Notes: a model not told the origin generated them from the letters alone. 64,000 nucleotides of DNA from Flavobacteriaceae bacterium (GCA_965200045.1 OZ241330.1:293888-357887); one strand, 5' to 3'; shown: positions 31,267-41,698, counted from the first letter of the stretch. Translations and numbers: made by a program.

Positions 31267-34122
31267 TTATAAAGAAATTTGATACCCTATCGATAGACTA
31301 GTTCCAGGATCTCGGAATCGAAAATATCGGTCTTCCGCGCCAAAAGATTGATATAAACTTTCTCTTTTATCGCCCAAAATATTTTCCACTTTCAAAGTTA
31401 GGGAAGTGTTGTTTTTGAAGTTTTTGATCACATTCAAACTCAAGTCATTAAAGGGCATGGTATAGACATCGGGATAAAATCCATCGCCGACCACCTCAAG
31501 CGTTTTCCCTTGAACATTAAAATATAGGCCGACTTGAAGTCCTATTTCTGTCTGATCATAAGCCAATCCTGCATTGATTAAATATGGAGATTGTCCTTGT
31601 AATTCTCTACTATCATCCAATGTTTCCCCTTCTCTCAATGCATTGGTTCGTAAATCTCTTTCGTCTTCACTGAAAGGCTCGTCTGAAATAATGTATGATC
31701 CATTAAAATTGAAACTAAAAGATTCCAATGATGAAATCCATTCTGAAAGTCGTTTTCTCAATTCTAATTCAACGCCATAAACCCTTGCGTCTCCTAGATT
31801 CCGTGGTGTGTAATTAGAAGTAGCTGCTCTGACAAATCCTATTTCGATGGGGTTGACTAAACTTTTGTAAAATAAACTGAAAGCAAACAGCTGAGCAGAT
31901 TGTCCATAATTTTCGAATCGGATATCATAATTATCGATATACGTGGGGTTAATATCAATATTGCCAATAAAAGTCAAGTTGGAAATAGGATCAAAAATTG
32001 CGGCAATCGAAGCTTCTTTAAAACTTGGTCTAGCTGTGGTTTTCGAATAGGCTAATCTCAAATTTGAATTTTGAGTTAACGAATAGATCACATTGATCGA
32101 AGGAAACAAATCCGTTTCATTAATTAATTCTTGATTTTCAAAAACAAGATCTCTTTGACTATTTTCTCCAGTATAGAACACACTATAATTTTCTACTCTC
32201 AAACCAATGATTGATTTAATTTTTTCAGATAATTGAAACTCATTGGAAATGTAGCCAGCTACATTCTGTTGAGTTGAACGAAACTTATTGACATCTTGTC
32301 TTATCGTCGTGTTAGCATTGAGGAAGGTTCCTCTTGGATTATCTAAGGATACGATATTATCAAGAGACAGTATTCTATTGGGATCTCCGTTGATTCGGGC
32401 CCAATCTCTTGAAGACGTATAATTGGTACTAATCGAAAACTCATCGATATAAAAATCTCTCTCTTTTTGTGAAGCATACCCACCAAATTTTAATAATGCA
32501 TCTCGACTAAATAAAGAATATCTTTGGGTCAAATCAAGTTTTCCAACCAAGTTGACTTCGTCTAGGTAGCGCCATATTCTTTTTGGTTCTGCGTTATTTG
32601 GAATACTAAACTCTCCATTTTCATCTTGAAAAGCTGTATTGCGAATATCTTTATCATGGATTTTAGCTAATGTGGCGGAACCAGTCCATTCCATTTTGAA
32701 TTTCCCATTATTGAAATTATGTAAACCTGAAAGTTGAACATTAGAAATAGAACGTTCAAAATATTCAAGACTGTATTTATTAAAGTCTATAAAGTCGGAA
32801 AATCGAGTTTCTTGGCGAAAATCACCGGCCGTGCTTTGTCCATTTTGGATATGAAAAACATTGAATTTAAACCGGCTAAGACCCGTTTTAAAAGATAAAC
32901 CCAGTAATCCATTGGCTATGACATCATTTTCTCCAATCGACCCGAATTGGATGCGGTTTTCTTCAAATTCAAAATCTGACTTGTCGGGATTGAGATTATA
33001 GATATTGTTCCGAGCATCTTCAAAATAAGACTGGGTTTTTTTATAGGCAACAGAAAATAAAACCCCTAGTTCCGATTCTTGACCTACAGAATAACGATTC
33101 GCTAAACCCAAACTAAATCCATAGTCTATAGCGCTACTCTTTGTTATTGGTCCCATTTGGGAATCAAATCGTTGAGCTAATGTTGAAATTCGATTGATCG
33201 ATCCAGGTCCATTGCTAATGGTTGGATCTAATTCAACGCCCAACCTCGGATTCGAATCTTCAGCAATTTGTTCTTCAAGTGGGTTGGCTCTTTTTCCATC
33301 ATCAAATCCCAACCAGTCAATAGCACTACCTTGATAACTTAAGAATTGATTATTAAAATGCATTTGGGGGTTGTATTCAAGGCTTGCCGAAACTGAAATT
33401 TCTTTTGAAATAGGGATGTCTTTTGTAATAATATCAATAACGCCACCTGTAAAGTCAGCTGGTAAATCGGCACGAGCTGACTTGGTTATCTGAATATTTG
33501 AAAGCATATTGGTCGGGAAAAGATCCATTTGGACTGTGTTTTTATCGGGATCGAGACCTGGTATGTCCACACCATTAAGTATCGATTTTGAATACCGATC
33601 TCCTAAACCTCGCACATAAACGTATTTACCTCCTTGAACAGAAACGCCGGGCACTCTTTTTACAGCACTAGCTATCGTTGATGCTCCAACTTTTTTAAAA
33701 GCTTGAGCTGACAATCCATCCATGAGACTAGCTGATTTTTTTTGAATTTCCAAAACCGACGCTTCAGAATTGGTGCTGGCTTCTACACTAATGATGACCT
33801 CTTCCAATCCAGAAGCCGCAGATGATAGAACAATATCGAGTACGGCATAGTTTCCTTCAGAAACTTCGATTCCTAATACCTCTTTTGTCTGGTAACCAAT
33901 AAATGATGCTAGGATACTATAAGTTCCTGGATTCAACTCGACACTAAAATGACCATCAAAATCAGCGACTACTCCCTGATCTGTGTCTTTGATAATAACG
34001 TTAGCAAAAGGAAGGGGTTGATTAAAATCTCCATCGACGATTTTTCCTGAAATACCTTGTTGTGCATAACTGATAAATCCCATCATCCATGGGATAAGTA
34101 GAGCATATTTTTTTAGTCGCAT
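31267..34122 (-). CDS. TonB-dependent receptor with CarboxypepD_reg-like N-domain
   Basis: Signal peptide, an N-terminal GKIVDGDFNQPLPFANVIIKDT.. domain, a plug (..VSVQGGKYVYVRGLGDRYS..) and a long beta-barrel. Confidence 0.9.
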   Translation of the reverse strand: MRLKKYALLIPWMMGFISYAQQGISGKIVDGDFNQPLPFANVIIKDTDQGVVADFDGHFSVELNPGTYSILASFIGYQTKEVLGIEVSEGNYAVLDIVLSSAASGLEEVIISVEASTNSEASVLEIQKKSASLMDGLSAQAFKKVGASTIASAVKRVPGVSVQGGKYVYVRGLGDRYSKSILNGVDIPGLDPDKNTVQMDLFPTNMLSNIQITKSARADLPADFTGGVIDIITKDIPISKEISVSASLEYNPQMHFNNQFLSYQGSAIDWLGFDDGKRANPLEEQIAEDSNPRLGVELDPTISNGPGSINRISTLAQRFDSQMGPITKSSAIDYGFSLGLANRYSVGQESELGVLFSVAYKKTQSYFEDARNNIYNLNPDKSDFEFEENRIQFGSIGENDVIANGLLGLSFKTGLSRFKFNVFHIQNGQSTAGDFRQETRFSDFIDFNKYSLEYFERSISNVQLSGLHNFNNGKFKMEWTGSATLAKIHDKDIRNTAFQDENGEFSIPNNAEPKRIWRYLDEVNLVGKLDLTQRYSLFSRDALLKFGGYASQKERDFYIDEFSISTNYTSSRDWARINGDPNRILSLDNIVSLDNPRGTFLNANTTIRQDVNKFRSTQQNVAGYISNEFQLSEKIKSIIGLRVENYSVFYTGENSQRDLVFENQELINETDLFPSINVIYSLTQNSNLRLAYSKTTARPSFKEASIAAIFDPISNLTFIGNIDINPTYIDNYDIRFENYGQSAQLFAFSLFYKSLVNPIEIGFVRAATSNYTPRNLGDARVYGVELELRKRLSEWISSLESFSFNFNGSYIISDEPFSEDERDLRTNALREGETLDDSRELQGQSPYLINAGLAYDQTEIGLQVGLYFNVQGKTLEVVGDGFYPDVYTMPFNDLSLNVIKNFKNNTSLTLKVENILGDKRESLYQSFGAEDRYFRFRDPGTSLSIGYQISL

Positions 34123-34165
34123 TTTAGAATTACAGTATGATATCTAAACTTAAAATTCGTTAGTA

Positions 34166-34195
34166 AAATAAAAAAATGCCCAAAGGTTTGGGCAT
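34166..34195 (-). terminator. rho-independent terminator candidate between the lipoprotein gene and the TBDR gene
   Basis: Perfect hairpin atgcccaaa-gg-tttgggcat (34176..34195). On the minus strand it is followed by a T-run, which corresponds to the plus-strand aaaataaaaaaa. Confidence 0.6.
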
Positions 34196-34224
34196 TTATA
34201 TTCTGTTCGATTGATTTAAGGTTT

Positions 34225-35865
34225 CTATTGAGCCTTATGCCATTGGGTCCAAGCAAATTCGTTCATATTTGCTCCTTGATCTTGGCCATCTTCAACAATT
34301 TGAGCAAAATCGCTGGCATCTTGTCCAAATGAAGTCGTCTCACTCTTATCAGCAAAAATACTCGCAAGAGTTGACGAAGGGCAATTAGGCACTTCAACGA
34401 TAAATAAGTTTCTAAATGTTAATGAGCCATCTGTGTAATTTGCTGCAACTTCTTCGTTATCTAATTCAAAATCTTGACCAACGGCAAAATGCTTGAACGT
34501 GACTTTACCCAGTGTCCCTTGAGCATTTGAACGGAAATCCGCAAGCTCTCCTTTTTCTCCTCCTAAAGATTTACAATCTTCACCTGTTGCACCATAAATT
34601 GTGGTATTCGTGAGTGTAAAACCGCCGTCTAAGTCCCCCTCAGGACCATCGATTTCTAATCCATGATCTGAGGCCCCAGTTAAGACCACCAATGAGTTAT
34701 AAATCGTTCCTGTATAGGCTTGATCAATATCAAGAGCATCGTCACCTTGCCCCCAAACCATCAAATTGGAAGCATTGACTGTTCCGCCGAAAAATTCAAT
34801 GCCATCATCTTTATTATTAATGACCTCAATGTTGTTGATAATCGTTTGATTACCAACACTGCCTAGTGTCAATCCATTGATTTCGTTTCCTTCACCAATA
34901 TCGGAACCTCCGTATCGGATGGAAACATATTCAATCACCCCCGAGTTATCATTGGGATCATCACCCCCATACAATCCATTGATATCATCTGTTGGGATGC
35001 CTTCAATCTGGACCTCTTTCACATTTCCTTTGAAAGAACCAGGGGCAAGGCCTAATACGATGAATCCGCCCCACTGTCCTCTCACATCGGCTCCAGGTCT
35101 ATTAGCCTCGTTTGCATAAGTGCCATCCCCTTGTATGGGATCTGCTTGATAAGTCATGATGATGGGTCTTTCTCCTGTTCCTAATGCATAAATCTTTCCC
35201 CCTCTAGCCACTAAAAGAGCGGAGGCATCCGCCCCTGTTCCAGGAGATCCTTTGATCACCGTTCCCGCTGGAATCGTTAATGTCTTTCCATTAGGGACGG
35301 TCACTCTTCCGTCTAATAGGTATATATTCCCTGCAACTAACGTTTGATCTTCATCTAAAATACCAGAAAGTGTGATGGTTTCGCTTTCTGTTTTTGTATC
35401 GGCGACCAATTGTTGTATCCCTTTTATTAACTCAATCTCAGTACCCCCTCCTGAATTAAAAGAAGAAACAAGACGCCCGAATCGAGTCGAAATATCTTCT
35501 AAACGCTCAAGGTTTCCTCTTTGTGCTATTTCAGACTGATTATCAATCAATTCAGCCACTTCATCAAGTGCATCTCTAAATTGTTGTACTGTTTGCTCGA
35601 ACACAGATTCGGGAATAGCTCCTGTATTCGCCGCTAGGTCTCCTTCAAGTTTTGAAACCTGATCTCGCAAAGATGCAATCGTACTATTAGCGGTGGCCAA
35701 ACTACTTTCAGTTGTGCTTTTAGCTGTATTAGCATCATCTAATTGATTTTGAAGCGTGCTCACCTGATTTTTTAAATTATCAAGTTCGTCTTCATTGTCG
35801 TCACAACTGACAAGGATAAATCCCAATGCTAAAAAAACCATCGGGAAATAATAAATTAATTTCAT
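34225..35865 (-). CDS. lipoprotein with coiled-coil N-region and Gly/Asp-rich beta-helix-like C-region, function unknown
   Basis: Signal peptide plus lipobox (..LGFILVSCDD). Residues ~25-140 are heptad-like (LQNQLDDANTAK..LRDQVSKLEGDL). The remainder is rich in G/D/N repeats. Confidence 0.6.
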   Translation of the reverse strand: MKLIYYFPMVFLALGFILVSCDDNEDELDNLKNQVSTLQNQLDDANTAKSTTESSLATANSTIASLRDQVSKLEGDLAANTGAIPESVFEQTVQQFRDALDEVAELIDNQSEIAQRGNLERLEDISTRFGRLVSSFNSGGGTEIELIKGIQQLVADTKTESETITLSGILDEDQTLVAGNIYLLDGRVTVPNGKTLTIPAGTVIKGSPGTGADASALLVARGGKIYALGTGERPIIMTYQADPIQGDGTYANEANRPGADVRGQWGGFIVLGLAPGSFKGNVKEVQIEGIPTDDINGLYGGDDPNDNSGVIEYVSIRYGGSDIGEGNEINGLTLGSVGNQTIINNIEVINNKDDGIEFFGGTVNASNLMVWGQGDDALDIDQAYTGTIYNSLVVLTGASDHGLEIDGPEGDLDGGFTLTNTTIYGATGEDCKSLGGEKGELADFRSNAQGTLGKVTFKHFAVGQDFELDNEEVAANYTDGSLTFRNLFIVEVPNCPSSTLASIFADKSETTSFGQDASDFAQIVEDGQDQGANMNEFAWTQWHKAQ

Positions 35866-36160
35866 AAGAATGATTGAATTTTTGATGGTGCGAAAGTAGA
35901 TGTCCGATATCTAGTGAATTTTACCAAATTGTTAAATTTTCAATCTCTAATGTTAACTTAAAGTTATTTTTTCAATGTTAGTTATTAACAATAAAGTAAT
36001 TTTTAGAACTTATCTTATTGAATATCAGATGTTTAAAATGAATTTTCAGTTTTTATTGAAATTATTAAACCATCCAAAACACAGAATTATAAATACATCA
36101 AAGAGGCTCTTTTCAGTATTTTATATCCTGTATTACCATTATTTTTAAACTCAAAAATCA

Positions 36161-37381
36161 ATGTTTCGTTGGGTATTCGTTATCGTCTTTTTATTGTTGA
36201 CATGGTATAGTTCACAAACCATTCGAACGGCATTCCATAGTCGCACTTGGCAATTAGTTTATTTAGGAAGTGTGCTTTTAATATATGGGGTGACTTTTTG
36301 GTTATTGTTTTTCTTTCCAAGACAGAATCAATTAGGAATTTTTAGACAATATCTCATGGGATTATCGATGGGATTGATGGTGTTTCAAGTACTGACTGTC
36401 TTTTTCTTGTTTTTAGAGGATATTGTCCGAATATTTCAAGGGATCACTTCTTATTTTTCAAAAGGCACTCGAACCGAAGATTTCTTTTTGCCTCAGAGAA
36501 GAATCTTCATTTCAAAAACCGCTCTAATAGTGGGTGCACTTCCCTTTGGTTCGATCATTTATGGCATGCTTCGAGGAAAATATCATTATCAAATTCATGA
36601 GCATACCCTGACTTTTGAAGATTTACCTAACGCTTTCGACGGCTTTACCATCACCCAAATTTCTGATATACATACCGGTAGTTTTGATAATCCAAAAAAA
36701 GTAGCTTATGGATTCGAATTAATCAATCAATTGGCATCCGATATCATTGTTTTTACCGGTGATTTGGTCAACGACCGGACCTCAGAAGTTGATTCCTATC
36801 AAGACATCTTTTCTTCTTTAAAAGCCAAAGAAGGGGTGTATTCCGTTTTGGGGAATCATGATTATGGAGATTATACAACATGGGAATCACAACAACAAAA
36901 AGATGAAAACCTACGTGCCATGCATCAACTTCATAAACAACTTGGATGGCATCTACTTTTGAATGAATCGGTTTTTCTTGAAAGAGATGGTGAACAAATT
37001 GCTATTTTGGGGGTAGAAAACTGGGGTACTGGTCGTTTTAGAAAGTCGGGCGATCTCCAAAAAGCTCTTGAAAGTGTTCCCCAAAATCAATTCAAAATTT
37101 TATTATCTCACGATCCATCACATTGGGAAGCCAAGGTTTTGCCAAGCCCTAATCCCATTCATTTGACTCTAAGCGGTCATACCCATGGGATGCAATTTGG
37201 CATTGAAATTCCTGGACTGATCAAATGGAGTCCCTCCTCTTGGCGGTACAAGCAATGGGCGGGGGTTTATCAAAAAGGGAATCAACACATCAATGTCAAT
37301 CGGGGGTTTGGATATATCGGTTATCCAGGAAGGGTAGGCATCTATCCAGAAATCACCAAAATCACTCTTAAGCGAGCTTGA
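36161..37381 (+). CDS. membrane-anchored metallophosphoesterase (YaeI-like)
   Basis: N-terminal TM helices followed by calcineurin-like motifs SDIHTG, GDLVND, GNHD and GHTHG. Confidence 0.85.
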   Translation: MFRWVFVIVFLLLTWYSSQTIRTAFHSRTWQLVYLGSVLLIYGVTFWLLFFFPRQNQLGIFRQYLMGLSMGLMVFQVLTVFFLFLEDIVRIFQGITSYFSKGTRTEDFFLPQRRIFISKTALIVGALPFGSIIYGMLRGKYHYQIHEHTLTFEDLPNAFDGFTITQISDIHTGSFDNPKKVAYGFELINQLASDIIVFTGDLVNDRTSEVDSYQDIFSSLKAKEGVYSVLGNHDYGDYTTWESQQQKDENLRAMHQLHKQLGWHLLLNESVFLERDGEQIAILGVENWGTGRFRKSGDLQKALESVPQNQFKILLSHDPSHWEAKVLPSPNPIHLTLSGHTHGMQFGIEIPGLIKWSPSSWRYKQWAGVYQKGNQHINVNRGFGYIGYPGRVGIYPEITKITLKRA

Positions 37382-37467
37382 ATTGGATATCCGGTATTAT
37401 GAAAAATAGGGACTTAAATCGCCTTTTAGACAATTTCTTCAAATCCTTTTCAAACTCATCCAACGAG

Positions 37468-37692
37468 TCAAAATTCATCCTCTAAATCATACTCCCGAAC
37501 TGTATACGGCTCTTCTCTATAAAGTGCTAATTCGTAATCTATAACATCATTTGGTTCGGTTACTCTCCAACGAATATCATTATGCGAATATTCGCTAATG
37601 TCTTTAGCTGATTTGTTTGATAACTGATTAATCACATCATCGATACTTTTTTCTCTCTTTGATTGAGTGTTTTTAAACTTGGTTTTTCGCAA
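37468..37692 (-). CDS. hypothetical small protein, possibly 5'-truncated by the adjacent IS
   Basis: 74 codons with a TTG start only 8 nt from the IS5 terminal repeat. No family recognised. Confidence 0.3.
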   Translation of the reverse strand: MRKTKFKNTQSKREKSIDDVINQLSNKSAKDISEYSHNDIRWRVTEPNDVIDYELALYREEPYTVREYDLEDEF

Positions 37693-37699
37693 GGAATGT

Positions 37700-39209
37700 A
37701 TTTAGTCGCTCCTTAAAAAGTCTTTTTTAGCGGTTATCGTTCTATTCTTTTGATGATCAAAGTTCTTTGAACTGAAAATGAAGCCCCTCTGAAAAAGTAA
37801 AAAAGAACATCTTGGACTCATGGTTCCATGAATTTCTTTAAATGCCATCCCGTAGCTGCTCAATAGGCATTGATCGTTGGGGATGGGGTGCCCATCAGAT
37901 CGTTTTCTTGCATACGATGTTCTGTTTTGAGATGGCCGATGAGTGGTTCCATGGCTGCTCGGCGTCGGAACTTTTTCTGCTTCTTTTGCTTTTGATAGGG
38001 GGTATCACTTTTCAATGGTTTGCCTGGAATCGATATCTTGGCCTCGCCAATCTGACGTTTTCCTCGACCCCCTCGATCATCGATCAGTTCTTTGGGAGTG
38101 AGACCGACGATGGATTCCTGTGGTTCCAATAAGGGTTGGATGGTTTGGCGATCATGAGGATGGCCCTCAAAAGCACGGATGGCCGTGATGATCATGGTTA
38201 GCCCCCCCCCTGTCGCGATCAGGCCGACTTGATTCCCCAATTCATATGTTTGATGAGCCTTGCCTTTGGCCATGCAAGCCTTAAACGGCTTGTCAATGGC
38301 ATCGACTTTGTTTTGATCGAATCGCTGTTGATGGATGACTTTTTGATACCATGTCAGCTCTTTTTGATATTGACTTTTTTGTTGGGGAGCTCGTTTTCGC
38401 CCGAGATCTCGGACTTGTCTGCCCGCTAAGGTCTTGAGCTTGGAGGTGGCCTTTTGGGCTTTTTTAGCTCGTCGAGGATGCTTGCCATGAAAGGTTTGAC
38501 GCACCCGTTCTTTCGAGGCTTTGGCATCGGTCTGTCTCTGTTTTATCTTTTCTTTTTCGGCGATTTTGTGGCACTGATCGATGACTTTTTGATTCCGTTT
38601 GGCATCGATCGGAAAGGTCACGTTGTTCCCTTGGACGGTGGTATCCGACAAGACCATCGATGAGGACTTCTTGATTTCTTTTTGATGCCACTGAACGGAA
38701 GAGGCAAAGATCTTTTCCACCCCTGCTTGACCCATCCGTTTTCTCATAGGACGCCCATCAGAAGGATCGCAGGGTGGTCCGTGTTTCATGAAATCAGAAC
38801 CCGTGACGTACGGCATGTAAGGATTTTCAATCCACCGTTCCATGAGGGTTTCATCGCCCAGATTGTCAAGACGCTTCACATCCAACAACCCACCATCACC
38901 CCAATGGGCTTGGCTGGACGACCCTTTGGGGAATAAAAGGAACCAAAGGCGTTTTCAAAAAAAGACCCATCCATGGCATCGGCCAGCAACTTGATCTGAT
39001 GTTTTGGATGGAGAATGGCATTGAATGCCGACGCGAATCACTGGGGCTGTTTGGGGGCTCCTTTTTGGATCATTTCTACAAGGTTTTGAGACCAAGAGAC
39101 GCATTTCCTTGCAGACTTCAAAGCCCTGTCTTGGCCAGTAGGGTATCATTCAATCTCACATATCAAGGGGATGATGGACTCTATTTGAGTTTTTAAGGAG
39201 CGCCTGAAT
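37700..39209 (-). mobile_element. IS5-family insertion sequence (about 1.5 kb)
   Basis: The imperfect terminal inverted repeats atttagtcgctccttaaaaagtc (37700..37722) and gagtttttaaggagcgcctgaat (39187..39209) match at 20 of 23 positions. The element is visibly more G+C-rich than its flanks. I could see no target duplication. Confidence 0.8.
37860..39073 (-). pseudogene. IS5-family (DUF772 + DDE) transposase with one in-frame TGA and one -1 frameshift
   Basis: From ATG 39073 the sequence reads MIQKGAPKQPQ*FASAFNAILHPKHQIKLLADAMDGSFFENAFGSFYSPKGRPAKPIGVMVG. It then shifts frame near 38889-38892 into the 342-aa track ORF (LLDVKRLDNLGDETLMERWIENPYM.. ..FRRRAAMEPLIGHLK..). The in-frame TGA is at 39040..39038. 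Confidence 0.8.
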
Positions 39210-39387
39210 GGAGTAAGCGATAAAATGAGTCTTTAACATCACTTATTGTTTCGTATATTCTTATATATAACTCAATTCATTTTTGCTGTTCGTCTTGGTC
39301 TCCACCACCCTGAGACGATAATGGAAATTAGAAAAGAAAACTTGGGAGGATGAGTTCCCAATTCCAACTTGATAAATACATTGATTT

Positions 39388-39765
39388 TTATATGCCATAA
39401 TCAGATGGAATATCCCATATTCCGTTGCTGATAAAAAACATCTGATTTTCCATTTTAACAATTCCTGACCATAGTTTATTATTTACTTCAACTTCTATAA
39501 AAAGAGAAAAAAGAGCTTTATCTAACGGATTAGAACATAGTACCCGTAGTTCGTAGTATTCAGACCAATGGTCGATTCTTATTTCGACAGATTTGTCCTT
39601 TTCATTTTGAAAAGAACCATCTTTCGTGGCTATAGCTTTAAAACTACTAGTATAACTAATATCACAGATTGAAGCACATGCTATATACCTTTTTCTATCT
39701 ATTTCCACTTCACTTTTAAAAACCTTTAAACTTTTCCCCTTAAAATAACATTCCATATTCATCAC
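39388..39765 (-). CDS. hypothetical protein, weak paralogue of 40384..40734
   Basis: 125 aa and last gene of a 4-gene minus-strand operon. It shares the pattern DKS.(V/I)EI.I..W.E....L......L.(I/V)E(V/I)..NNK.W with the 116-aa ORF. Confidence 0.5.
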   Translation of the reverse strand: MMNMECYFKGKSLKVFKSEVEIDRKRYIACASICDISYTSSFKAIATKDGSFQNEKDKSVEIRIDHWSEYYELRVLCSNPLDKALFSLFIEVEVNNKLWSGIVKMENQMFFISNGIWDIPSDYGI

Positions 39766-39802
39766 TTTTGATTGGCAGCTCTAATTTTTGTTAAACTCTC
39801 AA

Positions 39803-40405
39803 TTATAGTCGTTTAAGTGAAACCGATTTATGAACGACCGTTACTTCATATTCCAAATGATCTGCTTTAATTCTAAAAACATGAATGGCTACACTGATGT
39901 GTGAGTCATCGGGTCCAGAATGGATACCCCATTGATCCGAAATATCTTCTTTTTTTTCAAACCATCGATGAATCCAATGATAACTAATACATTCCATCTT
40001 AAGAGGCAAATCATTGAAGTCATCGAGAACCGCATGGATGGCCAACACGCCAGCCGCTTCTCGATTTAAAAAAATATCTTCTCGAGTAAAATACCTACGT
40101 ATCTTTCCAGCAACTTCAATCCATATTTTCCAATTCTCCCTTATAGGCTTAGCTGATAAAAAAGCAAACATTAAACCAGGCCAATAGTCTGAAATGAAAT
40201 CAATAGCCGTAGCAAATGCAGGAAGATCCGCCGCAGGTTCTACACTAACTTCTTCAAAAGTTTGTGCAAATTCTTTTTCTAATTCGGTTTTGAACCTGTT
40301 GAACTCTGTTTCATCAATTTCTGGAAACCTTCCATAAGTGCTGTCGATTATGTAAACAACAGGTTTCGATTGGTTGTCTGGATCTAAGTTGTTATTTCTT
40401 TCCAT
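39803..40405 (-). CDS. hypothetical protein
   Basis: 200 aa with a 22-nt overlap with the upstream ORF. No family recognised. Confidence 0.55.
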   Translation of the reverse strand: MERNNNLDPDNQSKPVVYIIDSTYGRFPEIDETEFNRFKTELEKEFAQTFEEVSVEPAADLPAFATAIDFISDYWPGLMFAFLSAKPIRENWKIWIEVAGKIRRYFTREDIFLNREAAGVLAIHAVLDDFNDLPLKMECISYHWIHRWFEKKEDISDQWGIHSGPDDSHISVAIHVFRIKADHLEYEVTVVHKSVSLKRL

Positions 40406-40734
40406 TGACTAGAACATTGAAATGCTTTATCCGATAGAACATACGCTTCTGCATGCCATCTTTTATTATTAAATACTATTTCCAAGTATAAAAGTTTGCA
40501 ATTAAAACGATATGTTGTTAAATCAACATTTAATTCATCCCAATTTTCGATTTCAATATTCCTCGATTTGTCAGTTTCTATTGGATTTCCATTTGGATAA
40601 TCATAATTATCCGTATTTAAAAAGTTTGAATCAGAGGTTACATGATAACTGTTTGTGAAGGCTAATACGTTACTTTTTTCTTGACGATCAGTATAGGTTT
40701 TATATACCTCTAAATTTTTTATTGTTGCACTCAT
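40384..40734 (-). CDS. hypothetical protein, weak paralogue of 39388..39765
   Basis: 116 aa with a 4-nt ATGA overlap with the upstream ORF. No family recognised. Confidence 0.5.
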   Translation of the reverse strand: MSATIKNLEVYKTYTDRQEKSNVLAFTNSYHVTSDSNFLNTDNYDYPNGNPIETDKSRNIEIENWDELNVDLTTYRFNCKLLYLEIVFNNKRWHAEAYVLSDKAFQCSSQWKEITT

Positions 40735-40976
40735 GCTTTATAAATTTTGGTAACTTCTTTATCTATTTCTGTTGCTTTATTCACCAAAAACTTGTTAGTA
40801 CAATATTGCTCCATTTTATTTCCTTTATCTGAATAATAATCTCCAGAGTGATTTGGTGGTACCTTAGGTTTTTGATGAATGGTTTGTTTTGGATTGCTTC
40901 CAGAATTACGTAGTTGATTCCTTCTATCAATTTTGTTAGCATTGTTTGTGGATTTTTTAATGATGTTTTTAAACAT
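40731..40976 (-). CDS. hypothetical small basic protein
   Basis: 81 aa, Lys/Asn-rich, and first gene of the 4-gene operon. Confidence 0.4.
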   Translation of the reverse strand: MFKNIIKKSTNNANKIDRRNQLRNSGSNPKQTIHQKPKVPPNHSGDYYSDKGNKMEQYCTNKFLVNKATEIDKEVTKIYKA

Positions 40977-41068
40977 GATATAGTGTTTATAAGATTTTAA
41001 ATGTCAATAAGTGTGCCAACATTTCCAAAGTGACATTATGACACATTGACAATTGAAATTCCAACAAG

Positions 41069-41698
41069 CTACTTTGCACCGAAGTTTTTCCAATATTCAA
41101 TCCACTCATTCCAAGGATTTGGATGCTTGATATTTTCAGTAATCCAATGAACAGGTAAAGACATGGTGTTGGAATGGTTTTTCATTGCCTTCGCTCCTTT
41201 GCTACTAATGGAGATTCCTCGATGGTTTGTTCCGAATGGGGTATCCAAGTATTTTTCTTTGCCGAGTTGTTTGAAAATTTCTTTCTGTACCGAAATAGGA
41301 AAGTAAAAGACACTTTCTTTTAGTTTCCCCCAAAATATGTTGATCAACAAAATGTCCTGTTTTGGTACGTAATTTTCATATTCCTTTTTCACTTTATCGG
41401 TGTCTGCTGTCCACAGAATTTTAAAGTTTCTTTCATTGGTTACTGTTTTGATGGATAACTTTTCGCCACAGAGCAATACATCGTAATCCCTTTCGATTCC
41501 AGATGCTGGAACCACCACATTTTCTTTTCCAAACTCGGATTCAAGAAAACCCAAAATAACGTGTTCTCTCAGCACACCAACAGCAGGATTGCTTCGTGGA
41601 AATCGATTGCGCACCATATCAAAAGCTACCGGAAGGCCTTTGGTCAAACGGTGTCTTTTTGAAGAATCGTTAAAGAGAGAAACCAAACATGGGTTCAT
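41069..41698 (-). CDS. putative type II restriction endonuclease
   Basis: It lies immediately downstream of, and overlaps by 4 nt, the methyltransferase gene. The segment ..ERDYDVLLCGEKLSIKT.. fits a PD-(D/E)xK core. Confidence 0.55.
   Translation of the reverse strand: MNPCLVSLFNDSSKRHRLTKGLPVAFDMVRNRFPRSNPAVGVLREHVILGFLESEFGKENVVVPASGIERDYDVLLCGEKLSIKTVTNERNFKILWTADTDKVKKEYENYVPKQDILLINIFWGKLKESVFYFPISVQKEIFKQLGKEKYLDTPFGTNHRGISISSKGAKAMKNHSNTMSLPVHWITENIKHPNPWNEWIEYWKNFGAK

Noticed and set aside
38229-39196. Track ORFs antisense to or out of frame with the IS5 transposase (38229..38429, 38454..38663, 38464..38691, 38682..38936, 38955..39149, 38999..39196)
   Set aside because: The same stop-poor G+C-rich artefact applies. 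The transposase frame(s) explain the region.
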